Positions 32,116 through 43,208 of a DNA stretch of 64,000 nucleotides are shown here, piece after piece; positions within the stretch are counted from its first letter, which is position 1, and the number at the start of each line of letters is the position of its first letter. The stretch lies in the sequence record DRR378314_880, one strand, 5' to 3'. Below the pieces are notes generated by a model. The model did not search any database. It was not told the origin of the DNA and saw only the letters and a list, made by a program, of their open reading frames with translations. The translations under genes were made by a program, and so were the position numbers.

Positions 32116-32159
32116 ACTCTTCTCCTACGAGTCTTCAGCTTTCGGAGCCTTCAAAAGGT

Positions 32160-33320
32160 TTAAAGACAGAATTCTTTGATGAGCCCCTTGAGGATGGTTA
32201 CCGCCGGGTCCAATTGTGACAATTCGAGGAACTCATCCGGTTGATGGGCCTGATCGATATAGCCAGGGCCCATTACCAGTGTTTCCAGACCAAGCTGCTG
32301 CAGCCAGGGGGCCTCCGTGGCAAAGGCCACCGCCTCGGCAGTGTGCCCGGTCAATTTCTCACAGACGCGAACCAGTTCAGCTTCAGCCGGCGTTTCAAAC
32401 GGGGGGACCCCATCGAACAACGGCTCGAACGTCAACGACAGCTCTCGGTTTTTGGCCACAGGCTGCAGCTTGTCGAGTATCTCCTGGCGCAATCCTTTCA
32501 TGTCCATACCGGGCAACGGACGCAGGTCGAAGTGCAATTCACAGCGGGCACAGATCCGGTTGGGATTATCACCGCCGTGGATGCAGCCCAGGTTCATGGT
32601 GGGTACCTGAACCTTGAAATTGGGGTTGCTGTATTTCGCCTGCCACCCCGACCGCAGGGCCAGCAGTTCTCCCAACGCCTCGTGCATGCCCTCCATCGCG
32701 TTGCGGCCCAGGGATGGGTCTGACGAATGGCCGGACTGCCCCTCAAACACCAGCCGCTCCATCATAATGCCTTTATGCATGCGCACAGGCTTCAGGCCAG
32801 TGGGCTCGCCGATGACTGCGTAACGGGCCTTGGGCCGGCCGGCTTCGGCCAGGGCGCGGGCGCCGTCCATGGAACTTTCCTCGTCGGCGGTGGCGAGTAT
32901 GATCAACGGCTGTTTCAGGTCCTGGCCCACAAACGCCTTCGCAGCTTCGATGGCAAGCGGGAAGAAGCCTTTCATGTCGCAGGTGCCCAGGCCGTACCAG
33001 CGGTCGTCCCGTTCGGTCAGGGTGAACGGGTCGCTCTGCCAGCGTTTGTCGTCAAACGGCACGGTATCGGTGTGGCCCGAAAGCACCAGACCGCCAGGGC
33101 CGCTGCCCAATGTGGCGATCATGTTGTATTTGCCGGGCAATCCGGGTACTTCCAGTATCTCGACGTTGAAGCCCATGGGCTCCAGCCATTCAGCCAGGGT
33201 GCGTACCACTGGCTCGTTGCTGTGGTCCCACTCGGCGGACGCACTGCTGATCGACGGCTGTGAGATCAGCTTGGTGAGCATTTCGCGAATGCCAGGCAGG
33301 TGTTGGATCGATCCGGACAT
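32160..33320 (-). CDS. argE: Acetylornithine deacetylase
   Basis: SGHTDTVP, GTCDMKG, ADEES, IGEPT, AHQPDE. Confidence 0.95.
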   Translation of the reverse strand: MSGSIQHLPGIREMLTKLISQPSISSASAEWDHSNEPVVRTLAEWLEPMGFNVEILEVPGLPGKYNMIATLGSGPGGLVLSGHTDTVPFDDKRWQSDPFTLTERDDRWYGLGTCDMKGFFPLAIEAAKAFVGQDLKQPLIILATADEESSMDGARALAEAGRPKARYAVIGEPTGLKPVRMHKGIMMERLVFEGQSGHSSDPSLGRNAMEGMHEALGELLALRSGWQAKYSNPNFKVQVPTMNLGCIHGGDNPNRICARCELHFDLRPLPGMDMKGLRQEILDKLQPVAKNRELSLTFEPLFDGVPPFETPAEAELVRVCEKLTGHTAEAVAFATEAPWLQQLGLETLVMGPGYIDQAHQPDEFLELSQLDPAVTILKGLIKEFCL

Positions 33321-33347
33321 AGAACACTCTCCGCCCCTGGTTTGGGG

Positions 33348-34586
33348 CTAGCGGGCCTGGCCTTGGCGCCAGACCTCAAACGTTGCAATCAGTCGAATGG
33401 CGATGGGATACGCCATTTCCCCACCATCCATCAGCCGGGCGACTTCCAATCGCTCATCACCCACGCTGACCAGGCGGCCTTCCACAACATTACCATTGTC
33501 GAGCGTAACTCTCACCGTGCGCCCGATCCAGGATTCAGCGTTCCCCTTATCGGCCAGGTTCCAGCCGTCAACAATAGGAGCGTCTTCTCCAGGCACCACC
33601 GGTTCGAGCACTTCTTCCGGTACCTCCGGTACGGCGGGTTCGATACGCTCAAGATAAACGTCGGGCACCACCGAGCGGTTGTACCGAACAGTAAGGCCGA
33701 TGTCTCCGGACTCGTCGCTACGCACAGGTACTCCCCATACCGGTGCAGAGGGATTCAATTCCAGGGTCAGTTCCCCGCCTTCTGTCAGCCATTGCCGATA
33801 CAACGCCAGCAACTGATCGCTGGCAGCAAACCCCCGCGCCGCCAGTGATTCGCGAAAGGCCTCCATGACGATGCCGGCCCATTCACCGGTCTCCACGCCC
33901 GACTCCCGGGCGCAGTAGGCCGCCACCCGACGCATCAGACCGCCGTCCCGCAGGGTCACGCTCATGGGCGATTGGGTGGATTCAGGCAGAGCCACCGGTG
34001 ACACTGGGTCCAGGTGGGCGCCGGGCCAGTCCACTTCCACGCTGCCAGCGTTGACCGTTGTCAGCTCGGCGTAGAGTCCATCAGCACTCTGGATAATCAT
34101 GGCCTCACCTGACACACCCGTGACGCCAAGTCGCAACAGATCTCCACTGCCAAGATGCTGGCGGTGATCCGGGCCGCATACCGGTGAAAACAGCGCCGGG
34201 GTGGCGTCGCCGGCCGCGGTCACCCAGTTGCGGAACATGTTGGTATCCAGCCCCAGGCTCAGGTTCTCCGCCACCAGCGACCAGTGTGCAGGCATATCCT
34301 CAGGGTCCATCAACGCGCGCAGGAGGGCCATCGGAGAGCCCGCATTGAACATCAACCGGTCGAACTCAATGGGGCGGGTAAGACGGAAATCCTGATAACG
34401 TCCGTCGCCGAGCACCAGTCGGCCAGCAATGCCCGAGCGAATACTCCCACCATCAATAACACCCGATTCCTCAATCGCCTGCTGGGCATCGGCCAACCGC
34501 TGGTCGGCCAGCCACCAGACCGCCCCCTTGAACAACAGGTAGCCTAACAGGGCCAGGACAACCAGAAAGGTCAGCAGGCGCTTCAT
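33348..34586 (-). CDS. Hypothetical membrane-anchored or exported protein
   Basis: Long ORF with GAGG RBS and N-terminal hydrophobic anchor; lies between argB and argE. Confidence 0.75.
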   Translation of the reverse strand: MKRLLTFLVVLALLGYLLFKGAVWWLADQRLADAQQAIEESGVIDGGSIRSGIAGRLVLGDGRYQDFRLTRPIEFDRLMFNAGSPMALLRALMDPEDMPAHWSLVAENLSLGLDTNMFRNWVTAAGDATPALFSPVCGPDHRQHLGSGDLLRLGVTGVSGEAMIIQSADGLYAELTTVNAGSVEVDWPGAHLDPVSPVALPESTQSPMSVTLRDGGLMRRVAAYCARESGVETGEWAGIVMEAFRESLAARGFAASDQLLALYRQWLTEGGELTLELNPSAPVWGVPVRSDESGDIGLTVRYNRSVVPDVYLERIEPAVPEVPEEVLEPVVPGEDAPIVDGWNLADKGNAESWIGRTVRVTLDNGNVVEGRLVSVGDERLEVARLMDGGEMAYPIAIRLIATFEVWRQGQAR

Positions 34587-34650
34587 GATTCCGTCCTCTT
34601 GGGGAGTGATGCCTGGCTGCCCCCACAGGGAGCCCACCAGGCAGCTATGG

Positions 34651-35547
<897 letters not shown>

Positions 35548-35596
35548 TCATCTTGCCTTGTTAGTCAAAAAAGTCGGTTTGATTATTTCAAAGCCA

Positions 35597-38224
35597 TCAG
35601 AAATCCGCGACAAGGTCGGGGGCCACTTTCTGAAGCTGGTCACGGAAGACAGCCTTGATACGTTCGAGCGCTTCCTCGGTTTCCGCCTCAAATCGGAGCA
35701 CCAGCACTGGCGTGGTGTTCGAGGCACGACACAGTCCCCAGCCATCCGTAAACTCGACGCGGATACCGTCAATAGTGCTGATATTGCCGTCACCGAACTC
35801 GCCTTCACGGCCCAGTTTCTCCATCAACTGGAACTTGGTTTCGTCTGAAACCTCCACGTTCAGCTCAGGGGTACTGATATCCTCGGGGAAATCCTCGAAC
35901 ACTTCGTCGCAGTGCCGGTCTTCGATCCCGAGAATTTCCAGCAGCCTGGCGGCGGAATACAAGCCGTCATCAAAGCCCATCCAGCGTTCACCGAAGAAGA
36001 TATGACCGCTCATCTCACCAGCCAGCAAGGCTCCGGACTCCTTCATCTTGGCTTTCATCAGCGAGTGGCCGGTTTTCCACATAATCGGGCGCCCACCGGC
36101 TTCGGAAATCACCCCCGCCAGGCGACGGCTGCATTTCACGTCGTAGAGCACATCGGCGCCCGGGTTACGGGAAACCACATCGCGGGCAAACAGCATCAGC
36201 AGGCGGTCCGGCCAGATGATCTTACCGGTGTTGGTGACAACCCCCAGACGGTCGCCGTCGCCATCGAAGGCAAGGCCAATATCCGCACCCTCAGCTTTCA
36301 CTCGCTCAATAAGGTCTACCAGGTTTTCAGGTTTGCCGGGATCAGGATGGTGATTGGGGAAGTCGCCATCGACCTCACAGTAGAGCGGAACCACTTCGCA
36401 TCCCAGCTCCTCGATCAGTAGCGGCGCCAACTCACCCGCGATGCCATTGCCGGCATCCAGCACCACCTTCAACGGTGCCGCGACCGCAATATCACCCACG
36501 ATGCGATCCAGATAGGCTCGACGTACATCTTCCGAAGACTGGGAACCGTGGCCACTGGCAAAGTCACCGGTGCGGATTCGCTGCAACAGCTTCTGGATCG
36601 CCTCACCGGACAACGCTTCTCCACCCAGCATGATCTTCAGGCCGTTATAGTTGGCCGGGTTGTGACTCCCCGTCACCATGACTCCGGAACCATTGTCCAG
36701 CTCATGGGTCGCGAAGTAGAGCACCGGGGTGGGCACGGCACCCACATGGATGACATCACATCCTGTGGCCATGACACCCCGAGCCAGCGCGTCGGCCAGT
36801 TCAGGACTGGAATGGCGACCATCGTAGCCGATGCAAAGGCTGCTCACGCCTCGATCAATTGCCTCACTGCCAATGGCGCGACCGATAATGGTGACGATAT
36901 CCGCCGTCAGCGTCTCGCCCACAATGCCGCGAATGTCGTAGGCCCGGAATATGGTGTCTGATATCTCGGCTTCGGGCAGACTGACTTCTTCGACATCCGG
37001 CGTATCATCAAGGCTATCGGAGCCACCGAAACCCAATACGTCGTCATCACCGTCCAGCATATCGATGTCCAGCACGTCCTTGTCCTGAAACAGCGGCTCA
37101 TCAGCGTTTGATGCTGCTGGCTGCCGACTACCTGGCTTCGGACGCGCCGACTCACCCGCCTTGGCAACCCGCTTCTCCACCATCTGGGAGAGCCGGTGCA
37201 GCACCTCGGCGGTCGACGCCACCATGTCCCATTTCAGCGCAGGTGGTTTGACTCGTTCGCCCCCAAATACCTTGTGAGCCCACTGGATCAGGGCTGTCAC
37301 ATCCTGTCTAAGACCTCTCTGGGCACCACCGAGCAGCAACCAGACGATGATGGCCGCGACCAGGGCCGGAACCACTGCAAATACAATGGCCAGAATCCCA
37401 TTAAACATGGGGCCGGGTGCGGACGCCGGCGTGTACCGGAGCTTCCAGTCCGGGTTGACCAGGTCTTGCTCGTAGACGGGGCCATTACCGCTGCCCCGGC
37501 TGACAATATCGCGTGTCGAACCATTCACCGACTGCACCAGGGAAAATTTGCCACCCAGCTCCTGATTCACACCCGCCATCAGTGGCTGCAAACGGGCCGC
37601 ATCGAACACCACCAACACACTGCCGATGACAGCGCGACTCTGGGGATTGCGGACCGCCGTCGACATCTGCAGGAACCACTGGCCATTGCGCGGGAACGCG
37701 TCCGGGAAAAGCCTCTGCCCGGTCTCTGCGCGGCGAGCAAGGTCCAAGCCGGAAAAGCCCAGGCTGGGCTCGGAGGATGTGCGGGGAATATCACCGTAGG
37801 GAAAGAGGTACACGGCCTCGATATCAGGCAATACCCGGGCGAGATTCGTTGCCGCCGATATCAGTGAGCCCTCACCCCCCAGCGCGTCGCGAACATAGTC
37901 CTGATCGGCGATGCCCTCGACCGTGGCTTGCAACAGGGCAAGCTGTTGATTGATGCGCACAGCCGCCGCCTCAGCCTCCAGCGCGGCCTGGGTCTCGTAA
38001 CGACGGGATTCAGCCGGGAGGGCCAACAGAAAATACAGCAGCGCTGCCGACGCCAAACCGGCCAACACCACCACGGCGGCCTGGGAAACAGCAACGGAAC
38101 TCAGTCGTTTGTGCCTGGGGCCTGCCGCCGCTTTTTTATCCGTGCTCTGTTTTTTTGCCTGCTTCCTGTCCGGTTTGGCATCAGGTGCAGCGTCCTCAGA
38201 GTTCTTCTTTTTGCCAAGCTTCAT
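35597..38224 (-). CDS. algC: Phosphomannomutase/phosphoglucomutase with about 420-aa N-terminal membrane extension
   Basis: FRAYDIRG, TGSHNP, DGDGDR, GEMSGH, RASNT; dut-algC-argB synteny. Confidence 0.92.
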   Translation of the reverse strand: MKLGKKKNSEDAAPDAKPDRKQAKKQSTDKKAAAGPRHKRLSSVAVSQAAVVVLAGLASAALLYFLLALPAESRRYETQAALEAEAAAVRINQQLALLQATVEGIADQDYVRDALGGEGSLISAATNLARVLPDIEAVYLFPYGDIPRTSSEPSLGFSGLDLARRAETGQRLFPDAFPRNGQWFLQMSTAVRNPQSRAVIGSVLVVFDAARLQPLMAGVNQELGGKFSLVQSVNGSTRDIVSRGSGNGPVYEQDLVNPDWKLRYTPASAPGPMFNGILAIVFAVVPALVAAIIVWLLLGGAQRGLRQDVTALIQWAHKVFGGERVKPPALKWDMVASTAEVLHRLSQMVEKRVAKAGESARPKPGSRQPAASNADEPLFQDKDVLDIDMLDGDDDVLGFGGSDSLDDTPDVEEVSLPEAEISDTIFRAYDIRGIVGETLTADIVTIIGRAIGSEAIDRGVSSLCIGYDGRHSSPELADALARGVMATGCDVIHVGAVPTPVLYFATHELDNGSGVMVTGSHNPANYNGLKIMLGGEALSGEAIQKLLQRIRTGDFASGHGSQSSEDVRRAYLDRIVGDIAVAAPLKVVLDAGNGIAGELAPLLIEELGCEVVPLYCEVDGDFPNHHPDPGKPENLVDLIERVKAEGADIGLAFDGDGDRLGVVTNTGKIIWPDRLLMLFARDVVSRNPGADVLYDVKCSRRLAGVISEAGGRPIMWKTGHSLMKAKMKESGALLAGEMSGHIFFGERWMGFDDGLYSAARLLEILGIEDRHCDEVFEDFPEDISTPELNVEVSDETKFQLMEKLGREGEFGDGNISTIDGIRVEFTDGWGLCRASNTTPVLVLRFEAETEEALERIKAVFRDQLQKVAPDLVADF

Positions 38225-38308
38225 AGTCCATCCTGCAGGTATTTTTTGCCCGAATGCTTCAATTATCAGGGAAGTATAGACCCTGAGCAGTGTTCTGCGC
38301 CTGGTGCC

Positions 38309-38770
38309 TTATTGGGTCCCTGTGGAACCAAAGCCGCCATCCCCCCGCATGCTGGCATCGAAGGAAGACACCACTTCGAAATCTGCCTGAACAACCGGAA
38401 CCAGAACCAGTTGGGCGATGCGCTCTCCCACATCGATGGTGAACTCTGTTAGCCCCCGATTCCAGCAGGAAACCATTAATTCGCCCTGGTAATCGGAATC
38501 GATCAGGCCCACCAGATTCCCCAGGACGATGCCATGCTTGTGGCCAAGGCCGCTGCGAGGAAGAATCATGGCCGCCAATGAGGTATCCGCAATGTGAATC
38601 GATAGCCCGGTCTTGATCAGTTCAGTCTGGCCCGGCTTCAGTGTCAGCGGTGCGTCCAGACAAGCCCGAAGATCCAGGCCGGCCGAGCCCTCCGTTGCAT
38701 ACTCGGGGAACGGCACGGAGTGGCCGATCCGGTCATCCAGAATGCGTACCTGAAAGGTTTTTCGGGTCAT
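38309..38770 (-). CDS. dut: dUTP diphosphatase
   Basis: [30 protein letters not shown]. Confidence 0.97.
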   Translation of the reverse strand: MTRKTFQVRILDDRIGHSVPFPEYATEGSAGLDLRACLDAPLTLKPGQTELIKTGLSIHIADTSLAAMILPRSGLGHKHGIVLGNLVGLIDSDYQGELMVSCWNRGLTEFTIDVGERIAQLVLVPVVQADFEVVSSFDASMRGDGGFGSTGTQ

Positions 38771-38782
38771 TGGTTTTCCTTG

Positions 38783-39997
38783 TTACTGTGCACCGGCGGA
38801 GCCAGGCTTTGATTTGAGGTGTTCGCCAATCAGTACGATCAGCCGCTGCGCAATTGCCGATTTGGTGTCAGGCCCGATGGACTCCCGCCCCTTCGACCAG
38901 AAGGCGATGACGGCATTATCGTCACTGTTGAACCCCAAACCCGGCGCCGAAACGTCGTTGGCCACGATCATATCCAGCTTCTTGCGTGTCAGTTTGTCGA
39001 GAGCGTAGTGCTCCACGTCTCGAGTTTCCGCCGCGAAACCCACCGTGAACGGCGCGTCGGCACGAGCCGCTATGGTAGCGAGGGTATCGGGATTGCGCAC
39101 CAGTGACAGGCTCATACCTTCGTCCGATTTCTTGATCTTGTCGCCGGCGTAGCTGTCGGGACGATAATCCGCCACCGCTGCGGTGGCGATGAACAGATCA
39201 CAGCCCTCATCCACTGCCCGGCCAGCTTCCTTGAGCATTTCCTCCGCCGTCATCACACCACGCACCTCCACATCCGTCGGTGCTTCGATGGACACCGGAC
39301 CGCTAACAAGAACAACATCCGCACCGGCCAATCTTGCCGCCGACGCCAACGCGTAGCCCATCTTGCCAGAGCTGTGATTACTGATATAGCGCACCGGGTC
39401 AATCGGTTCCCGGGTTGGGCCCGCGGTGATGACGACACGGCGACCGGCCAGCGGCCCGTTGCGGGCCCCTGACATCAGGTCAAACAGCACGGCCGGCTCC
39501 AGCATTCGACCTGGCCCCACATCTCCACAGGCCTGAGCGCCCTGGTCTGGGCCCCAGAGCGTTATCTGCGCATCCCCCGCCAGAAGATCAATGTTTCTCT
39601 GGGTCCTGCGATTGCTCCACATCGCCTGATTCATCGCCGGAGCCACCGCGATGGGAGCCTCTGTGGCGCAACACAGGGTGGTCAACAGGTCGTCCGCCAT
39701 ACCCTGAGCCAGCCGGGCAATGAAATCCGCGGAGGCCGGTGCAATCACCACCTGGTCCGCCCATTTCGCCAGCTCAATGTGCCCCATTCCGGACTCGGCT
39801 TCCGGGTCCAGCAATGAAGTCCTGACCGGCTCACCACTGAGCGCCTGGAAGGTCAGTGGGGTTACAAAGGCCTCGGCGCCACGGGTCATCACAACCCGCA
39901 CCTCGTGGCCGGATTTTTTAAGCAGACGAACCAGTTCTGCGCTCTTGTAGGCAGCGATACCACCGGTCACACCCAGCAGGATTCGTTTAGCGGCCAT
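38783..39997 (-). CDS. coaBC: Phosphopantothenoylcysteine decarboxylase/synthetase
   Basis: GGIAAYK, PAMN, TAGPTREPIDPVRYISNHSSGKMG, GFAAET. Confidence 0.96.
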   Translation of the reverse strand: MAAKRILLGVTGGIAAYKSAELVRLLKKSGHEVRVVMTRGAEAFVTPLTFQALSGEPVRTSLLDPEAESGMGHIELAKWADQVVIAPASADFIARLAQGMADDLLTTLCCATEAPIAVAPAMNQAMWSNRRTQRNIDLLAGDAQITLWGPDQGAQACGDVGPGRMLEPAVLFDLMSGARNGPLAGRRVVITAGPTREPIDPVRYISNHSSGKMGYALASAARLAGADVVLVSGPVSIEAPTDVEVRGVMTAEEMLKEAGRAVDEGCDLFIATAAVADYRPDSYAGDKIKKSDEGMSLSLVRNPDTLATIAARADAPFTVGFAAETRDVEHYALDKLTRKKLDMIVANDVSAPGLGFNSDDNAVIAFWSKGRESIGPDTKSAIAQRLIVLIGEHLKSKPGSAGAQ

Positions 39998-40163
39998 CAA
40001 CGGCTCCGTATTCATCACGAAATGAAAGGCTTATAAGATAGCATGACAGAACGCTGCCGGCAGCCTCACGACCATGGTAGAATTCCGCCGGATCATTGGG
40101 CGGCCCACGCCCCGGCATTAAAAGCGCAGGATGCGCACAATCACCACAGGGAAGGACTCCACC

Positions 40164-40838
40164 ATGCCGAATTCAGACTGGCCCACAGACGAACGCCCGA
40201 GAGAACGCCTGCTGGCCCATGGCGCAGCCAGCCTGTCGGACGCCGAACTGCTGGCCATATTTTTACGAACCGGCACCGCCGGCATGCCCGTCATGGCGCT
40301 CGCCCGCCATCTTACGGAAGCCTTCGGTGGCCTGCGCGGACTGATGACGGCTTCCCGCAGGCAATTCTGTGAGGTCAAAGGCCTCGGCACCGCGAAGTAC
40401 GCCCAGGTACAGGCCGCCATGGAAATGGCCCGGCGGGTCATGGACGAGCCGCTGCGCCAGGGTGACCCATTGCGCTCACCGGAGGATACCCGTCGCTTCC
40501 TGTGCAGCCGCCTTGGCACCTATCCCCACGAGGTGTTTTCCGGCCTGTTCCTGGACAACCGACATCGGGTCATCCGTTATCAGGAACTGTTCCGGGGCAC
40601 CATCGATGGTGCAGCGGTCTACCCCCGCGAGGTGGTCAGACAGGCACTGGAGTTCAACGCAGCGGCGGTTATTTTTGCCCACAACCACCCCTCAGGGGTC
40701 GCAGAGCCCAGCCAGTCGGACATTTCACTGACCCGGCGATTGAAAGAGGCACTGGGGTTGGTGGATATCAGGGTTCTTGACCATATGGTTGTCGGCCATG
40801 GTGAGGTAATATCACTTGCAGAACGGGGGTTGATGTAA
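40164..40838 (+). CDS. radC: RadC/JAB-domain protein
   Basis: [32 protein letters not shown]. Confidence 0.95.
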   Translation: MPNSDWPTDERPRERLLAHGAASLSDAELLAIFLRTGTAGMPVMALARHLTEAFGGLRGLMTASRRQFCEVKGLGTAKYAQVQAAMEMARRVMDEPLRQGDPLRSPEDTRRFLCSRLGTYPHEVFSGLFLDNRHRVIRYQELFRGTIDGAAVYPREVVRQALEFNAAAVIFAHNHPSGVAEPSQSDISLTRRLKEALGLVDIRVLDHMVVGHGEVISLAERGLM

Positions 40839-40885
40839 ATCGGGCGGTGCTTGACCGGAAAACTGGCCAAATTCCCAACAAATTT

Positions 40886-40914
40886 TTGCGTTGGGGAGGC
40901 AGTTCTGGTATAAA
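40886..40914 (+). promoter_or_regulatory. Putative sigma70 promoter of rpmB-rpmG
   Basis: TTGCGT-17 bp-TATAAA with TG extended -10. Confidence 0.6.
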
Positions 40915-41039
40915 AGCGTCCCTTTCTGGCGGCGTCTGGCGAGCAGCGTGCATTTTTGAGGCGCAGGTAGCAACCAGAGACCCAATTAAGACGAATTAAA
41001 TACGCATTTTCAGGACCAAAGCTCAGGTCGGAGGCAAGT

Positions 41040-41276
41040 ATGTCCAGAGTCTGTCAGGTTACCGGTAAGCGACCGGTCACCGGTAACAACGTTTCTCACG
41101 CGATGAACCACTCACGTCGTCGTTTTCTGCCCAACCTGCAGAACCATCGCTTCTGGGTTGAATCAGAGAAGCGCTTCGTAAAGCTGCGCGTATCCACCAA
41201 GGGTATGCGTGTAATCGATAAAAAAGGCATTGACGCTGTGCTGGCCGATCTTCGTGCCCGCGGCGAGAAATTCTAA
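41040..41276 (+). CDS. rpmB: 50S ribosomal protein L28
   Basis: [19 protein letters not shown]...RRFLPNL. Confidence 0.98.
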   Translation: MSRVCQVTGKRPVTGNNVSHAMNHSRRRFLPNLQNHRFWVESEKRFVKLRVSTKGMRVIDKKGIDAVLADLRARGEKF

Positions 41277-41287
41277 GGAGCCGCATC

Positions 41288-41443
41288 ATGCGCGAGAAAA
41301 TCAAGCTGGTTTCATCAGCAGGTACTGGTCACTTCTACACGACCAAAAAGAACAAGCGTAACACCCCGGAAAAGATCGAGATCAAAAAGTACGATCCGGT
41401 TGTCCGCAAGCACGTTGCGTATAAGGAATCGAAGATCAAGTAA
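41288..41443 (+). CDS. rpmG: 50S ribosomal protein L33 (not in the supplied ORF track)
   Basis: Translated by hand: [51 protein letters not shown] (51 aa); AAGGAG RBS. Confidence 0.97.
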   Translation: MREKIKLVSSAGTGHFYTTKKNKRNTPEKIEIKKYDPVVRKHVAYKESKIK

Positions 41444-41457
41444 GATCTTCGTGACCC

Positions 41458-41486
41458 AAAAAACCCGGCTACGGCCGGGTTTTTTT
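41458..41486. terminator. Bidirectional intrinsic terminator
   Basis: AAAAAACCCGGC-tacg-GCCGGGTTTTTTT. Confidence 0.9.
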
Positions 41487-41500
41487 ATGCGCGAAATACT

Positions 41501-42361
41501 CTAGAACCGCTCCAGATACCCCTTGGGTAACTTGATATCCATGGCAATCGGCAAATGATCGGACACCGGATAGCTGACCACTTCTGAGCGGCGTATTTCC
41601 AGGCTTGGGCTGACCAGTATATGATCCAGTGCCCGCTCCGGCCTCCAACTCGGAAAACTGTGGGCCGTCTCTGGCAACGGCACCAGGTTCGAGTGCTTCA
41701 ACGGCGTATTGCTTAACAACTGCTCAGCGTGGTTGTTCAGATCTCCCATGAGAACCACGTGCTGGTACTTGGAAATCAGCTCTTGAATGTACGCCAGTTG
41801 CCGCTGCTGAGCCGCCTTACTGAGCGAGAGATGCATCATGACCAGCACCAGGGGGTCCTCTTCGGCCCCGTATCGGGCAATGATGGCACCTCGCCCGGGG
41901 ATAAGCCCGGGCAACCTGTGTTCGGTCACATCCAGCGGACGATAACGGCTCAGCAGGCCATTGCTGTGCTGTGCCAGTTGACCAAGGTTCCGATTGAGTT
42001 GCTGATACCAGTAGGGAATCCCCGAAGCCTCCGCCAGGTACTGTACCTGGTTGATATAACCACTGCGCAGGCTGCCGCCGTCACACTCCTGCAGAGCGAC
42101 CACATCATAGTTACTCAGCAGAGTGGCGATACGGTCCAGGTTCTGGATCCGGTTACGGTGGGGCAGAAAGTGCTGCCAGCTACGGGTAAAGTAGTGACGG
42201 TAGGAAGAGGTGTTGATGCCAACCTGGATATTGAACGTCAGTAGCCGGATGTGACGGTGAGCCTCGAACTCGGGAACGTGCTCATCGCCAGAACAGGTCC
42301 CGCGAGGGCCGTTCGTCGACCTGAGGATACCATTCAGCTGCTTGCGAAGACGGTTGTACAT
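41501..42361 (-). CDS. Endonuclease/exonuclease/phosphatase family protein
   Basis: TFNIQ, ALQE, MGDLN, LDHI, SDHLP. Confidence 0.9.
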   Translation of the reverse strand: MYNRLRKQLNGILRSTNGPRGTCSGDEHVPEFEAHRHIRLLTFNIQVGINTSSYRHYFTRSWQHFLPHRNRIQNLDRIATLLSNYDVVALQECDGGSLRSGYINQVQYLAEASGIPYWYQQLNRNLGQLAQHSNGLLSRYRPLDVTEHRLPGLIPGRGAIIARYGAEEDPLVLVMMHLSLSKAAQQRQLAYIQELISKYQHVVLMGDLNNHAEQLLSNTPLKHSNLVPLPETAHSFPSWRPERALDHILVSPSLEIRRSEVVSYPVSDHLPIAMDIKLPKGYLERF

Positions 42362-42420
42362 AATGGCAGCTCAGACTCCTGACAGAGCCCGATCACGATC
42401 AGCGGACCGGGCCCATGCGT

Positions 42421-43059
42421 TTACTCGGCCTGACCAGCACGCTCCTGCTCAATCAGGTAGTCCACAACCTCCAGTGCCGCTTCGTGGCTGCCGGCCATGG
42501 ACGCCGTAACCCTGTACTTACCATTTACAAGCATAGTCGGTGTGCCGGTAACACGCGCGCCACGAATCTTGGCCTGAGCCTGCTGCATTTTGGCGTTCAC
42601 ACCGAAACTGTTGTAGTTCTTGAGGAATTCCTCCCCATCCACGCCGTGCCCCGCCACGAAATCGGCAAGGGCTTCGCCCGAGTTCAGCGGGCGACGCTCA
42701 CCAGCGAGCGCATCAAACAGGGCGTCGTGGACCTTGTCCAGCTCACCCATCGCTTCCAGCGCATAGAAGGCCTTGGCGTGGGGCTCCCAGGAACGGCCGA
42801 GGGCAGCGGGAATCTTCACATAGTTGACGTCTTCCGGAAGATCCTCCGCCCAACTTTCCACCAGCGGCTTGAAGGTGTAGCAATGGGGGCAGCCATACCA
42901 GAAGACCTCAGCCACCTCGATACCACTTTCACTGGCGGTTCTCACCGGGGTATCCAGCACCTCGTAGTGCGTTCCCTCTTCCCAGTTGGCGGCGCTGGCC
43001 GGCGCTATAAACAACACGGCCAGGATGGATAGTGCAGCGGTCCGGACTAGTCGGATCAT
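42421..43059 (-). CDS. dsbA: Thiol:disulfide interchange protein DsbA
   Basis: Signal peptide; FWYGCPHCY; TGTP cis-Pro loop. Confidence 0.94.
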   Translation of the reverse strand: MIRLVRTAALSILAVLFIAPASAANWEEGTHYEVLDTPVRTASESGIEVAEVFWYGCPHCYTFKPLVESWAEDLPEDVNYVKIPAALGRSWEPHAKAFYALEAMGELDKVHDALFDALAGERRPLNSGEALADFVAGHGVDGEEFLKNYNSFGVNAKMQQAQAKIRGARVTGTPTMLVNGKYRVTASMAGSHEAALEVVDYLIEQERAGQAE

Positions 43060-43157
43060 TCATTGTCTCCGGTTATCAGATTGGATGATGTGAAGGGATT
43101 ATGACCCAGCAGACGTGAAAAGTTCCACCGGGCATCGATTAAAGCGCCGCAACCTAC

Positions 43158-43184
43158 AAAAAACCCCGCATCAGCGGGGTTTTT
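43158..43184. terminator. Intrinsic terminator after cytochrome c4
   Basis: AAAAAACCCCGC-atca-GCGGGGTTTTT. Confidence 0.85.
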
Positions 43185-43208
43185 CTCAATCAATGCGTTG
43201 GTCGACGA

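Noticed and set aside
40164-40838. radC as a mobile-element or anti-defence marker
   Set aside because: It sits in the standard coaBC-radC-rpmB chromosomal context with no integrase or cargo
41058-41090. GTTACCGGTAA(G/C)-like sequences resembling the GntR box
   Set aside because: Inside rpmB and explained by conserved V-T-G-K/N codons
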